In this document: piece after piece, positions 35,014 to 45,826 of the stretch | Position numbering within the stretch: the stretch's first letter is position 1 | Layout of the letters: each line of letters begins with the position of its first letter | Assembly: GCA_023334545.1 (NCBI GenBank) | Contig: JAADVB010000033.1 | Coordinates: 1 to 64,000 of the forward strand | Reading direction: 5' to 3' | DNA from: Salisapilia sapeloensis CBS 127946 | Lineage: Eukaryota; Protista; Oomycota | DNA: 64,000 nucleotides | The notes under the pieces: generated by a model | Databases searched by the model: none | What the model was told of the DNA's origin: nothing | Seen by the model: only the letters and a program-made list of their open reading frames with translations | Position numbers and translations under genes: made by a program

Positions 35014-36778
35014 TCAGACCTTATTGCTGATACTATCCTCTCCTTGTTTGTCCGACGACAGCATTGGCGCAACACCGTTCGCTCGATTGAGTTGGTCCAA
35101 AACATGCTCAAACGTCGGTCGAGCATCCGGTGGCATCTGCCAACAGTCCTGCATCAATTGCTCGAGCAAAGGTGGACAATTGTCTGGTATCACCGGTCGA
35201 AGCTTATTGTTTAAGACACCCAAAGCTGCTTGGATCTGACTTAAACCTTCATAAGGACATTGACGTGTAATCGTTTCCCATACGACGACACCAAAGGAGA
35301 AGACGTCTGCTTTCTCCGTATACTTTTCTGCCGCAAGGACTTCTGGTGCCATCCACTGTGTCGTACCACAGTTCCCAGTCATCGTCTGGAAATGCGCACG
35401 GACGCGTGCGAGGCCAAAGTCAGAGATTTTAATGGAAAAAGACGAACTAACGAGTAAATTCGGAGACTTGAGGTCTCGATGGAGGATCGGAGGATGGAAG
35501 GAATGGAGATAGTTCATGCCCAACGCTGTGTCTCGAGCGAATCTATAGGTACGTGTCAGAACAAGTAGGTAGAAGAGCAGTAGGTAGAGTGTACTGGAGC
35601 TGAAGCTTTTCATCGATGATATAATCCTGTCGGAGAACGTTCCATAACGATCCTTTCGGGAGGTACTCAATGACGAGGCATCGCGTCGGTGGCTGGAGGC
35701 ATGCGCCCATCATCAAACAAATATTCGGGTGTCTAGAGACAGCATGAGAATAGAGAATAGAATGATCTACGTGCTAACTGTACCGGAGGATGCTCATAAT
35801 CTGGACTTCGGCTTCAAACTCTTCCAAGATTTCGGCCGTCAGGTGCTGGCATACAAGTACTTTGACTGCGACTTCCGTGCCTCTCCATGCACCTCGATGG
35901 ACAGTACCAAAAGCGCCTTGTCCGATCATTTCACCGATCTGGAGCTCTGCATAATCAATCTGGAGACTACTCGTACTCCCTTTTCGTGGTACTTTCGACG
36001 CTTTTCGTTCCTTTGGACTAGATTTCTCCACGACAGCCGCCGGTTCTTCCATCAATGGTGCTGCAGACGTTCGAACGTACATGGGCGAGTGTAAGAATAA
36101 AGGAATTTGAGCCTTTTTCGCCATCTCTAATTGCATCTGAGCTGGTTGTGTGATCTGTGCATCTCGTGGAAAGTGCTTGCCACCGTCCGCTTCTTTCGTT
36201 GCGACAGACATGTCGGTAGGTGGATGAATAAGGTCACTTAGATCCTCCGATTTGTGACGTACGAGTCGCTTTCCACCTCCCTCTCTCGCCGGAGCTAATC
36301 GGCTTTCAAGGTCCGAATCACGAGATCGAACGCGACTATCGTCGTGCCTTTCACTGCCGCTGGACTCGACATCTCCGAGATTGATACGATGCTGTTGGCT
36401 TTGACCGCCAGAGCTTGGAGGCTGCTGCGTACGCGTGTCAGTCAGCTTATACTGCTCCACGGAGGCTTCGTCTTCTATTCGTACAGTAGCACTATGGGCT
36501 CTTCGACGCATCGGGGGCGACCGACGGAATCGACGTAGTGCCTGGGATGGACTATGTGCGGAAGTGACAGCGGCGTGCTCATCATCTGACGAAGACGATG
36601 GCGGTCGTGGCGACGCAGCGGGCTGGAGAAAAGGAATGCTATCCTCATGTGTACTCGGACTCGTCTTGCGCGTATGCCCTGTGTCATCATTAATCCACGG
36701 CTGTAGACGTACGAAGCGCACGTACAGCGCGATGGCGAGTACGAGGAAGCATAAGGAGCCCGTTAAAACCGGGTCCAT
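35014..36778 (-). CDS. TKL-group Ser/Thr kinase with N-terminal membrane anchor (2 introns)
   Basis: IGQGAFGTVH, VAVK, exon HPNICLMMGAC, HRDLKSPNLL, DFG, GTTQWMAPE; TM segment SLCFLVLAIALYV. Confidence 0.9.
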
Positions 36779-37002
36779 TTTCACTTGTACGTTACACTAG
36801 ACTACTGTTTTCCTCGTTTCCAAGCGGAAGTAGATAATATTCAAGCAACTAGTACGTGCTAGACTAGTACTTGTGACGAGTACTGCCTCCTGGGATGCTT
36901 AGGATGAAAATAGGTGTTCCTACCTTCAAGATGGTAAATCGACCGGAATGATAAGAGGAGCATGGACACTCGAGTATGGGTTTCCACCTTGTTTTTTTAT
37001 TA

Positions 37003-39164
37003 TTATCCACTCTCTTGATGTCCATTCATCTTCATTAAAGAGCCGGTCATCGTTGGTGGAAGTACTTGAGTCTGGTGGAATAACCAACTGAGCTTACTAC
37101 TGTCCGTGCCACCCGGGATCGAGTCCCACTCGACTTCAAGTACGTCCAATGGCGTCGTCAATCGGTTCTTGACGCTCGTGATAGCTAACTTGCCTGTTGG
37201 GACGGACTGCACGAGACATTTGACGGACAAAGTGCCATTTTCCTGGAAAAACGGTTCGAGGAAGATTGATCCAGACGCCTTGACACCAGACACGCGTCCT
37301 TCCCCAATGCAACTACCGTCCCATGGCTCGCCTGCAAACAGCCGGATGCTCGCACCGTCTAAATTTACCGATACTTGGTGCAAGCCTAAGGCCAAGATGT
37401 CTTTATGCAATGCAGACGCCATTTGTCGCTTCACCATGCGCTCGACAAACACCTTTAGACCGGACAATCCAGACACTTGGCGTACAAGCGACGGCGCTTC
37501 TTCAATCCGGATGCTCGTCCCACTCACAAGTACCTCTACATGGCATCTATCAGACTAAATATTATAAAGAATTCATGTACAAAAGTGTACCGGTGGTGAA
37601 TTGCTTGCCAATGCTCAAGTCGAAAGCAGATAAAGTCGACTCATTCGCACAAGTCTTCCATCGGACACTGACAAAGACACCTCGTTGGGTATCACAAATA
37701 GGTTGTCCCAAACCGTCTTCAAAGATACGCAAGGCAGTGGACGTGCCTTGCTTCTGTATCGCTAACGGAGCCGATAGACCGTCCAAGTAGCGAGCGATGT
37801 CGTCAACTAAGAGCGCGTGAGAGACGATCGCCAAGACCGTTGGCAACGTCTCGAGCGCTTCTTCATCCAATACAGTCGACGTCGTCGGCTGCAACTGGAT
37901 CCTCGACAGCTCTTTCCTGCCATGGCCATATCGTACTTCCTGCTGGAAGAGCAGGAGACAGTAGCGACTCATGTAGGCTAGATACGCCTCCTGTTGTTCT
38001 TTCGATCGAGGACCAATGACGTTGGCATCTAGCACTTGACTATTAGCGTTCGAGACACTCTCGGCGTCTACGAGTCGCACGAAGAGTCTGTAGTTGTCAC
38101 CAATGTCTAGCTGTAGTTCGTCATCTAGAACGTCAATGACATGAGACGCAGCCATGTTAGCTGGATCACGTAACGCGCCATTCAATAGTGTCTGGAAGAG
38201 CTCTTCACAAAAGACAGAAAACTGGACAGCTCGTAAGACACCAGCATTATGTTCCTGCAGGACTTTGACATCATCGTCTTTGTTCTCCATCTTTTCCAAC
38301 TCTTCTTTCGATAGTTTCGGAAGTGGTGGAGATGGAAGAGTGAATTGTCCCGAGACGTTCACATCGGTCGCGACGATCTGTGCTTGTAACGTACGAGGTG
38401 AGTACTCTTCCGGTTTCTTTACACGAACTAACCCTTTTTCCGTACGACCTAATTCGGCATACGAGAGCTCTGCGATACTACGTGTCTGTGGCTGGAACGT
38501 CGAACCAGAGCTTTGGAAGCTGCAGTCGACTGCGAGAGGTTCTCCGGCTCGAAATGGTTTTGGAATCGTACCGTGCAATGGAGCGCACACCTTCCATCGT
38601 TCTAGGAGATGTGAAAGGCCTTGGAAGAAGACGCTTTCTTTGCCAATAGTAGATGATAACGAGTCGACACCACGAAGGAGGATGCTGCTGGCGTCCTGCA
38701 CTTGTGTCGTCTTGCGTTCGATCAGGTACTCTAGATCCTCTGGCTTGGGCGCCGTATTCTCCCGAATGCAACGCATCTCTTCCAGGTACTCATGTCGACG
38801 TATGAGGTCGATGGAGTTAATGAGCTGATGTAATTCTGCCGTCGCAGCCTGTAGTTCATTCACCACTGGACGATAGTACACTCTCGGATCAATGACATCC
38901 TCTTCCTCCACACTCGCATCTTTCGTCCCCTCCTCCGACTCATCTTTCTTTTCATTACGCACACGTTCCAACTCTTGAATCGAGTGCATGAATAGCTGAG
39001 CATCCGTAAAGTCTCTACGAACGGAACATGAGGCCTCTATTCCAATAAAAACTACTTATATAAAGACCCTACGGCTGCAACACTTCTTCTCCTTGCTCCG
39101 TCACCATCTCGACGGGTTTAAAATCCGTCGGATACAGCGTCACGCCGACATCCTCCGAGCTCAT
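37003..39164 (-). CDS. MED17: Mediator subunit 17-like (2 introns)
   Basis: New exon MSSEDVGVTLYPTDFKPVEMVTEQGEEVLQP (ATG 39164) joins via a 58-nt intron; VVNELQAATAELHQLINSIDLI resembles Med17. A second intron links to the 37527 ORF (QFTT|EVLVSG). Confidence 0.68.
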
Positions 39165-39262
39165 CGTCCTCCTCTTCCTCTACGATCAAGTGGCTCGTGG
39201 GCTATTCGGTGGTACAATACTGGATCAAACGGTACAAATCGATCGTAACTTCATTTTCCATG

Positions 39263-41134
39263 TTAGCTCGAGCCGTACTTTAATTTCGCGACTTGGATGG
39301 CGCTTTTGACCATATTAATCGCTCGCACGCGATCCTGTCGCAATACACTGAACGATATCAAGCCTATTAACTGTCCTTTTCGATCCACGGCCGCACCGCC
39401 ACTAAAGCCATTATCGAGCTGCGCTGCCGTCCGTAGCATCGCCTTATCGATTTCTTCACCGTCAAATTCTTGGCTGTCCGTCCCAGAGCAAATTGCATGA
39501 TGCACCGTAATGGTATTATGGCCACTACTCGGGTACCCGAACATCCACATTTCGTCTCCAGGTTCAATATTATTCGAATTCCCGACGCCAACGGGTGTCA
39601 ATTTCTTCTCCAAATCCACGGCGCCGGCGATACGCGTGACGCTCCACTTCTTCGCAATCATCCGATCGGTCACGTCACCAATGTAGAGTCCACTGGGTGG
39701 ATCTGACACGACTTCAGCTTCAATCTGCAGCAATGCATAGTCCAATTCTTCATTACAACACTCTGGTATCGCACGTGCTTGGTACTTCCACAACGGAGGC
39801 AAAGACGTTGACTCCGTAGGTGCAACGAGGATCATAAAGTCTTGACTATAGACACAGTCAAAGGTTTCGCCTTGGAGAACATGATGTGCTGTCGCGATGA
39901 GGCCCTTTTCATGGATCACAATGCCACTCCCGACGTTACAGAGCTCACCGTCGTTTGTTAAGATAGCTACACGCACAGCAGACTGTTGTACTCGTCGTAC
40001 CAGATGTGCGCGATAGTGTTTCATCTGCGCTTTCTTCTGTTTAAACTTGGCGACAGGCGTCACGGGTGTCGTCTCACTTGCGCGTACTTCGTCGTCTTCA
40101 TCATCATTAAAGTCAGCAAGACATGCCGCGGCATTTAGGAGTTTCATACGAGGTCCAAACGGGATACCCAAGTCCCGCAAGTGTCCTGCGTTCATAAGAC
40201 AAAGCGATTCGATATCGATTTCCTCTTGTTCGAACAACGGAGCGTACTTGCTTAGACCGAGAGACGCAAGTAGATTCGACATGACTAGGAAACTCTTCTT
40301 CTTCTCGGCTGCTTTCCGAGCTGTCCATCGAATAGCGAATTTATTTTTCCAGGACAATCCGTCGAAGCCGACGCCATGGATTTCACGTTGGAAAGCTATG
40401 ACACTCTCTCGTTGCGGGTGATTCTCATCGTCCCCAAACTCGCGGACGTAGAGTGGACGCCAGATCACATCTAGCATCGCGCGCTTGTACCAGAATCGAC
40501 ATGCCATACTTGCTAGACACACGTCGACGTGGTTGAGGAAGCTGAGCATGTGGGCAAAGACACCTCGTGGCACCCAGACTTTAAGTGCAATGCTGTTCAT
40601 CGGAGGCTGGTTGCCCGCGAGGACCTTGGGAAAGCACGGCTCACACACGCGGGACTTATGGGCGTGTCCTGGTAGCGCAGCTTTGTACCGCGAGCAAGTC
40701 GCGCAGAAGAGGAGACCGCAGCGACGACATCTGTGAGATCGACGAAGGAGAGAGAACTTGGAGGAGCAGTGCGCGCATCGATTGCGACTCCCTGGCGTCC
40801 ATTTGTCCATCAAGTTATTCGATGCAGCAGACATGGTTGAGAGGACACTAGAGACGGTAGACGTACGAGCACTTCGGTTCATGATAGGATTGGGAAAAGC
40901 TTCATCTGCACTCAGGGGATACGTTGTCGATCCGACCGAGTTCTGTCGACTGCGTTCGTAGGACGAACCGACTGAGTGTTGACGAGACCGCTCGGTCGGA
41001 AGCGCTGCGTTGTTGTACTGGAGCGCATACGCTGATCCATTACGGCTTCGAGATGATGGCGTGGATGCCGTGGGCGTCCCGAGGCTCATGGACCGCAGGG
41101 CTTGCGGCGGCGGCGGCATCTGACCTTGGTCCAT
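39263..41134 (-). CDS. FYVE - F-box - SAM - trypsin-like serine protease multidomain protein
   Basis: FYVE (CAHCSSKFSLLRRSHRCRRCGLLFCATC), F-box (VPRGVFAHMLSFL...ASMACRFWY), SAM (LGLSKYAPLFEQEEID...LRDLGIPFGPRMKLL), protease (TAHHV / DYALL / GFSGG). Confidence 0.85.
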   Translation of the reverse strand: MDQGQMPPPPQALRSMSLGTPTASTPSSRSRNGSAYALQYNNAALPTERSRQHSVGSSYERSRQNSVGSTTYPLSADEAFPNPIMNRSARTSTVSSVLSTMSAASNNLMDKWTPGSRNRCAHCSSKFSLLRRSHRCRRCGLLFCATCSRYKAALPGHAHKSRVCEPCFPKVLAGNQPPMNSIALKVWVPRGVFAHMLSFLNHVDVCLASMACRFWYKRAMLDVIWRPLYVREFGDDENHPQRESVIAFQREIHGVGFDGLSWKNKFAIRWTARKAAEKKKSFLVMSNLLASLGLSKYAPLFEQEEIDIESLCLMNAGHLRDLGIPFGPRMKLLNAAACLADFNDDEDDEVRASETTPVTPVAKFKQKKAQMKHYRAHLVRRVQQSAVRVAILTNDGELCNVGSGIVIHEKGLIATAHHVLQGETFDCVYSQDFMILVAPTESTSLPPLWKYQARAIPECCNEELDYALLQIEAEVVSDPPSGLYIGDVTDRMIAKKWSVTRIAGAVDLEKKLTPVGVGNSNNIEPGDEMWMFGYPSSGHNTITVHHAICSGTDSQEFDGEEIDKAMLRTAAQLDNGFSGGAAVDRKGQLIGLISFSVLRQDRVRAINMVKSAIQVAKLKYGSS

Positions 41135-42339
41135 GGCTGGCTTTTTCAAAGTGTTTCGACAGGGAGTTTGTATGCGTCAAAAGTTTTCGCATCGAAAAGT
41201 CCGGAAGAGTTGACTTGCGACTTGATGGAGGCAGAGGCCATGGACGTTATCAACTCCACGTGTTGACTAGCCCGTTTTTACATGTCTATTGTCACGACCT
41301 TTGTCGAGATCTGCATGGATCTCTAGTTCAAAATGTAGGAATAAATGGGTACACTTGAAGTGTAAGGATTGGAGTACTTGATGTCTACTATTGCTACTCG
41401 ATTCTACTTTACCACGATACCTCATTGGATCTGTAGTAGCGAATGTGCCTAGTCTATACGAAAATCGAATGGGAATCCTTTCACTTTGTTTGTCAGGAGG
41501 TGTGCATGTCTTCTATAGGTAAAACTGTACGTAGAAGCCATGAAAAGGTGGTCGAAAAGAAAGAAAGTTGTGGTAGTGCAGGATGATGTAGAAAGCTTAT
41601 TAAAGATCCATGTACGGAAGCCTTCGATCGCTGTGAGTGCTATTGCGAACCTACGACTGATCAGATGTGGCGACGACTGTAAGGTCTCGCGCATATCCTG
41701 GATCGAACCCAGCTTTCGACGGATGCAATACCGCAGTCGATGGAACATCGAGTTGAAGCAAGAGATTCGCTTCGCAAACAAACTCGTTTATGACTACTTC
41801 AAGTAGATCCTAGTTACTGGTATCTTCACATTGGACGACAATGAAGAAAGAATCAAGGAATGATGTCGTGATTCCATGCTAACCAGACCATGATCCGATC
41901 GGAAATGCAAAGGAACGTCGATCACTCCGCTCACGATTCGATCGACGAGTATATATCAACCTCATGATTGAAACCAAGGTCCTTAAATTTGATTATATCC
42001 CACTATAATTCGAAACTCAAAACGAATGAGCACAAGATACACGCACATAGGATCCTCTAAAAGATTTTATGATAGATATGCACGCGCACGAGAGAGATAA
42101 AATCCAAAAATAGCAATCCACCCTCCTCACCTTATACGGAGCTCCTTGCCACGCGGCCACCCCCAACTTCAAATTGTCTCGTCGTAGGCATCTAATATTA
42201 CAGGTTCCTTGTCGCATACGCTCTATACATAAAACCTTTTATAAAGTATGATATATCACAGTTCCATCGTATTTCGAAATAGATCAGTGCCCTGGCTTCA
42301 GGCCCACAATTAAAAGTCCGGATCAGCGAGCAAGTAGAT

Positions 42340-42858
42340 ATGCCATCGCCCAACAAGGATGACGTCGAGCTATCGGAGAATGAGATCCGTTCCATGCTTC
42401 TAGGCCCGAACGGCAACTTGACGCGTGATTTCGAGGCCGTGCTCACGAAACTCTTCATCTCGTTCTTGGAGCAGCCGACGGATCGCAGTCTCACCCTCGA
42501 CAAGCTCCGTGAGTTCAGCAAAGTCTGCAACGACGGCAAGCAGTTCTCGGACGACGAGATCAAGGAGATCCAGACGTACTTCCAGTGCGATGACAAGCGC
42601 GGACTCACTTTGAAAGGGTTCAAAGACATGTACCATACGCAATCGAGCGCCGAGCCATTGGAGACGTGGCGTGACATGAAGAAGCTAGGCTACGCGCAAG
42701 ACCTGCTGGACCGACGGGAGAAGGCTCTTCACTGCCGTGTGTGTGACGCACCGTCGAACCTTGTTTGCTCTCGTTGCAAGACGGTGCGTTACTGTGGTGC
42801 GGAGTGTCAGAAGAAGGATTGGAAGAATGCGCATAAGAATGCTTGCAAACCTCTCTAA
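42340..42858 (+). CDS. EF-hand-like + MYND zinc finger protein
   Basis: CRVCDAPSNLVCSRCKTVRYCGAECQKKDWKNAHKNAC; N-terminal EF-hand-like helices (GLTLKGFKDMY...ETWRDMKKLGY). Confidence 0.82.
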   Translation: MPSPNKDDVELSENEIRSMLLGPNGNLTRDFEAVLTKLFISFLEQPTDRSLTLDKLREFSKVCNDGKQFSDDEIKEIQTYFQCDDKRGLTLKGFKDMYHTQSSAEPLETWRDMKKLGYAQDLLDRREKALHCRVCDAPSNLVCSRCKTVRYCGAECQKKDWKNAHKNACKPL

Positions 42859-42914
42859 CTAGCGTGGAGAATGTAGACTTTGTGAGAGGGAAATAAAGAC
42901 ACGTTTGTTTTTTT

Positions 42915-44855
42915 CTAGTCTAAAGATACGCCCGTGTACTTTTCAAAGTTACTTTGGCTCTCGAGTACTTGTGCTACTTGCAACATGGCATCTTCTCGTC
43001 CATGGCCGCTTAACACTTGTAGGCCGAGTGGAAGGTTGGAAGTCTTTGTTAAGGCAGTAGGGACGGAGAGAGCAGGGATGCCAGCCATGTTCGCCGGGAC
43101 GGTCATCACGTCGTTCAAGTACATAGCGACCGGGTCGTCAGACTCCTGCATCTCCTTCATATCGAGCGGACCTGATGGCGTTGTGGGTGTCAACAACGCG
43201 TCGACTTGTTCAAAGCACGACTCAAAGTCCTGTCGAATGCGTTGACGAAGGAGGACAGCGCGTTCGTAGTAGTCGCTCATGGCGCCAGCTGATAGGACGA
43301 ATGTACCGGACAAGATACGTCGCTGTACTTCGTCTCCAAAGCCTTCGGATCGAGTACGTTTGTACAGGTCATGGAGAGCATCAGACTGATCGTTAATCGA
43401 TTCCAACGGTATGTCCTTGGCTCTATATAATGTGTGAGATCAAGACGGCCGAAATGGAATGTAAAGTCTACCGATGGCCGTAGCGAACACCGTCATAACG
43501 AGATAGATTGGAGGATGCCTCTGCACAAGCGATGATGTAGTAGGCGGGGATACATGTCTTTGTCATGGGTAAGGAAACCTCGACGACCGTTGCTCCTATT
43601 CATAATTGTCAATATATCGTAGGCGTTATCCTATGTAACATGTAGTCGTACCTGCATCTTTCAGGTGTTTAATGCCTTGGTCCCAGACGTCGATAATCTC
43701 CTGTGGTAGTTCTTCGACAAAATATTCCTTTGGAACACCAATGCGTACACCTTCTAGCGACGTGACCTGACTCTTGCGAACGTCCGAACACTAGTGCACA
43801 TGGCATGAGCTAGAGTCACGAATGAAAGGAAGATGGTCGTACCCAATCGACAGGTAGTGGGGTTTGCATGCATGTCGAGTCTTTGTCGTCTGGACCGCTC
43901 ATGGCCTCTAGCACGACAGCAGCATCGGCCACTGTGCGTGTAAATACGCCTGGAGTGTCCAAGGAACTTGCGTACGAGATCATGCCATGGCGTGAAATAC
44001 GTCCATAGGAAGGTTTAGTGCCAACGACACCGCAGTACGCTGCTGGCTATAGCCATATATTCATCAGATAGATTCGTATACAAGGAAGAAAAGGAGCGTA
44101 CTTGTCGAACAGATCCACCAGTATCGGATCCAAGAGCAGCAAAGCAGCACCCAGAGGCAATGGCGGCGGCACTGCCACCAGAGCTACCACCAGCTACGAT
44201 CTGCTTGTCTTTGGGTGACCACGGATTGATTGTGGCTCCATGGTACGAGTAGACTGTTGCAGATCCCATGGCGAACTCATCCATGTTCAATTTGCCAAGC
44301 GGAATGGCTCCTTTATTCAACAGGTTGGCCGTCGCGGTGGATTCGTATGGAGCAACAAAGTCTAGCGAGTGGCATTAGCAGCGATAGACGATGGATCTAG
44401 TGTATCATGAATATCGTACTGCTGAGCATTTTGGACGAAGCAGTGGTCGGTGTGTCCTTCATGCAAAAGATGTCTTTAACACCGATGGGAATGCCATCTA
44501 AAGGACCGAATGCAGCGTTCTTGGCACGTCTGTCATCCGAATCCTGCGCAAGCGATCGAGCTCGATCAAAGTCTGTGTGGACAAACATGTTGAGCGACTT
44601 GGTTGCTTCAATCTGACGAATGCAAGCTTCCGTGAGCTCCATGGCAGTCGTTTGTCCACTTTGCAGTGCTTTGGATGCCTCCATTAAGCTCTTGCGAGTC
44701 CAGTCACTCGCATATCGCTGCTGTAGACTCGCCATACTAGATCTAGCGGAGCTCCATCTAGTTGCGTACACATTGCATATCACATACTTGTACTGGAAAG
44801 CATTTATTTCATTGCAAAAGTACCTTAGTCGTCTAGCAGAAGGTAGTACTCTCAT
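42915..44855 (-). CDS. gatA: Glutamyl-tRNA(Gln) amidotransferase subunit A, likely mitochondrial (several introns)
   Basis: [77 protein letters not shown]; Arg/Ser-rich presequence. Confidence 0.95.
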
Positions 44856-44963
44856 CCTGAGCTCAATCTCCACGTCAGGTCACTTGGATGTCCAAACGTC
44901 TCGTAATACATCGTTTATTTCGATACAAAGTCTCGTTCGTGATTGCATTTCGGACCTTTTTCT

Positions 44964-45004
44964 CATTGGTAGAAAATTTAAGTTTAAGCTTTGATTGGCT
45001 GAAA
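44964..45004. promoter_or_regulatory. Direct pair of extended CCAAT boxes in the gatA/RPL28 divergent promoter
   Basis: CATTGGTAGAAA at 44964 and GATTGGCTGAAA at 44993. Confidence 0.55.
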
Positions 45005-45147
45005 ACCCCTCTGATCGACGACTGGCGGAGGTGGACACCAAAAGCACGCATCGCTTCCATTCCCAAGCTAAAGCACCGACAATCAGGTATGTTCATGTCC
45101 ATGTATGGCCATGTAGATGCATTTTCATTTACAATTTGTCTATTAGA

Positions 45148-45622
45148 ATGGGTTCCGACACTCTCACGTGGCTCGTCACCAAGAAGACTTCTTCCTTCCG
45201 TGTGAAGCGCGACAAGGCCGAGTTCTCGGCTGAGCCGTTCAACCTCATGAACCGCAACTGCGAAAAGTTCTCCGGTTTCTCTGCTGTCAAGGGTGCTGAC
45301 ATTGCCCTTAAGGACGGCAAGATCAACTTGACCACCAAGAAGGTCAAGCACCCGCAGCAGCCTGCCAAGGCTCGTCACGTCGTCCCGCTCCGTAAGGGCG
45401 CTCGTGCTGGTGCCAAGACCATTGACGCCAACATCGCCAAGAACCACTACCGTGCGGACCTCCGTTCTGCTGCTTTGGCTCGCTGGTCGCGTCTCAGCAC
45501 CGTCTCCAAGATCGAGAAGGGTGCGTCCTGTCGTTGTTTCTACCTCATGATCCTCTTGTACTTACACGACTGTAGGTGTCCTGAAGAAGCGTGCTATCCG
45601 CAGCCGTCGCGTCAAGGCCTAA
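45148..45622 (+). CDS. RPL28: 60S ribosomal protein L28e (intron 45521-45575)
   Basis: LTWLVTKKTSSF...FSAEPFNLMNRN...NHYRADLRSAALAR; strong codon bias; spliced end KG|VLKKRAIRSRRVKA*. Confidence 0.93.
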
Positions 45623-45826
45623 GTATCTCTTGCCTGGGCAGTGTCCATGAGTACGAATCTACGAGACGTAGGTTTTGCTCGTGGCGTGAGGGGATAAGTA
45701 AAACAAGGGAAATACAGGGAACTACAGGTGCTTGTTTCTCTACTTTGGAACGGAATTGTTGTCAGTTGGATAGAAGCAGTTTTTACCTTGTTGTAACTTT
45801 CGTTGACCAGTCGCTTTCATTTGACC

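Noticed and set aside
41443-41640. Selenoprotein read-through at TGA 41584 (CGSAG*CRK)
   Set aside because: No CxxU/UxxC motif, no recognisable family and no SECIS identified.
41697-41712. tRNA T-arm / B-box-like GGTTCGATCC on the minus strand
   Set aside because: Spacing is one base short, and no acceptor, D or anticodon arm can be folded.
44875-45447. 190-aa minus ORF, and similar ones at 42198-42677, 38154-38828, 58050-58658, 37106-37558 and 61422-61883
   Set aside because: Antisense shadows of well-supported genes, arising from codon bias; no motifs of their own.
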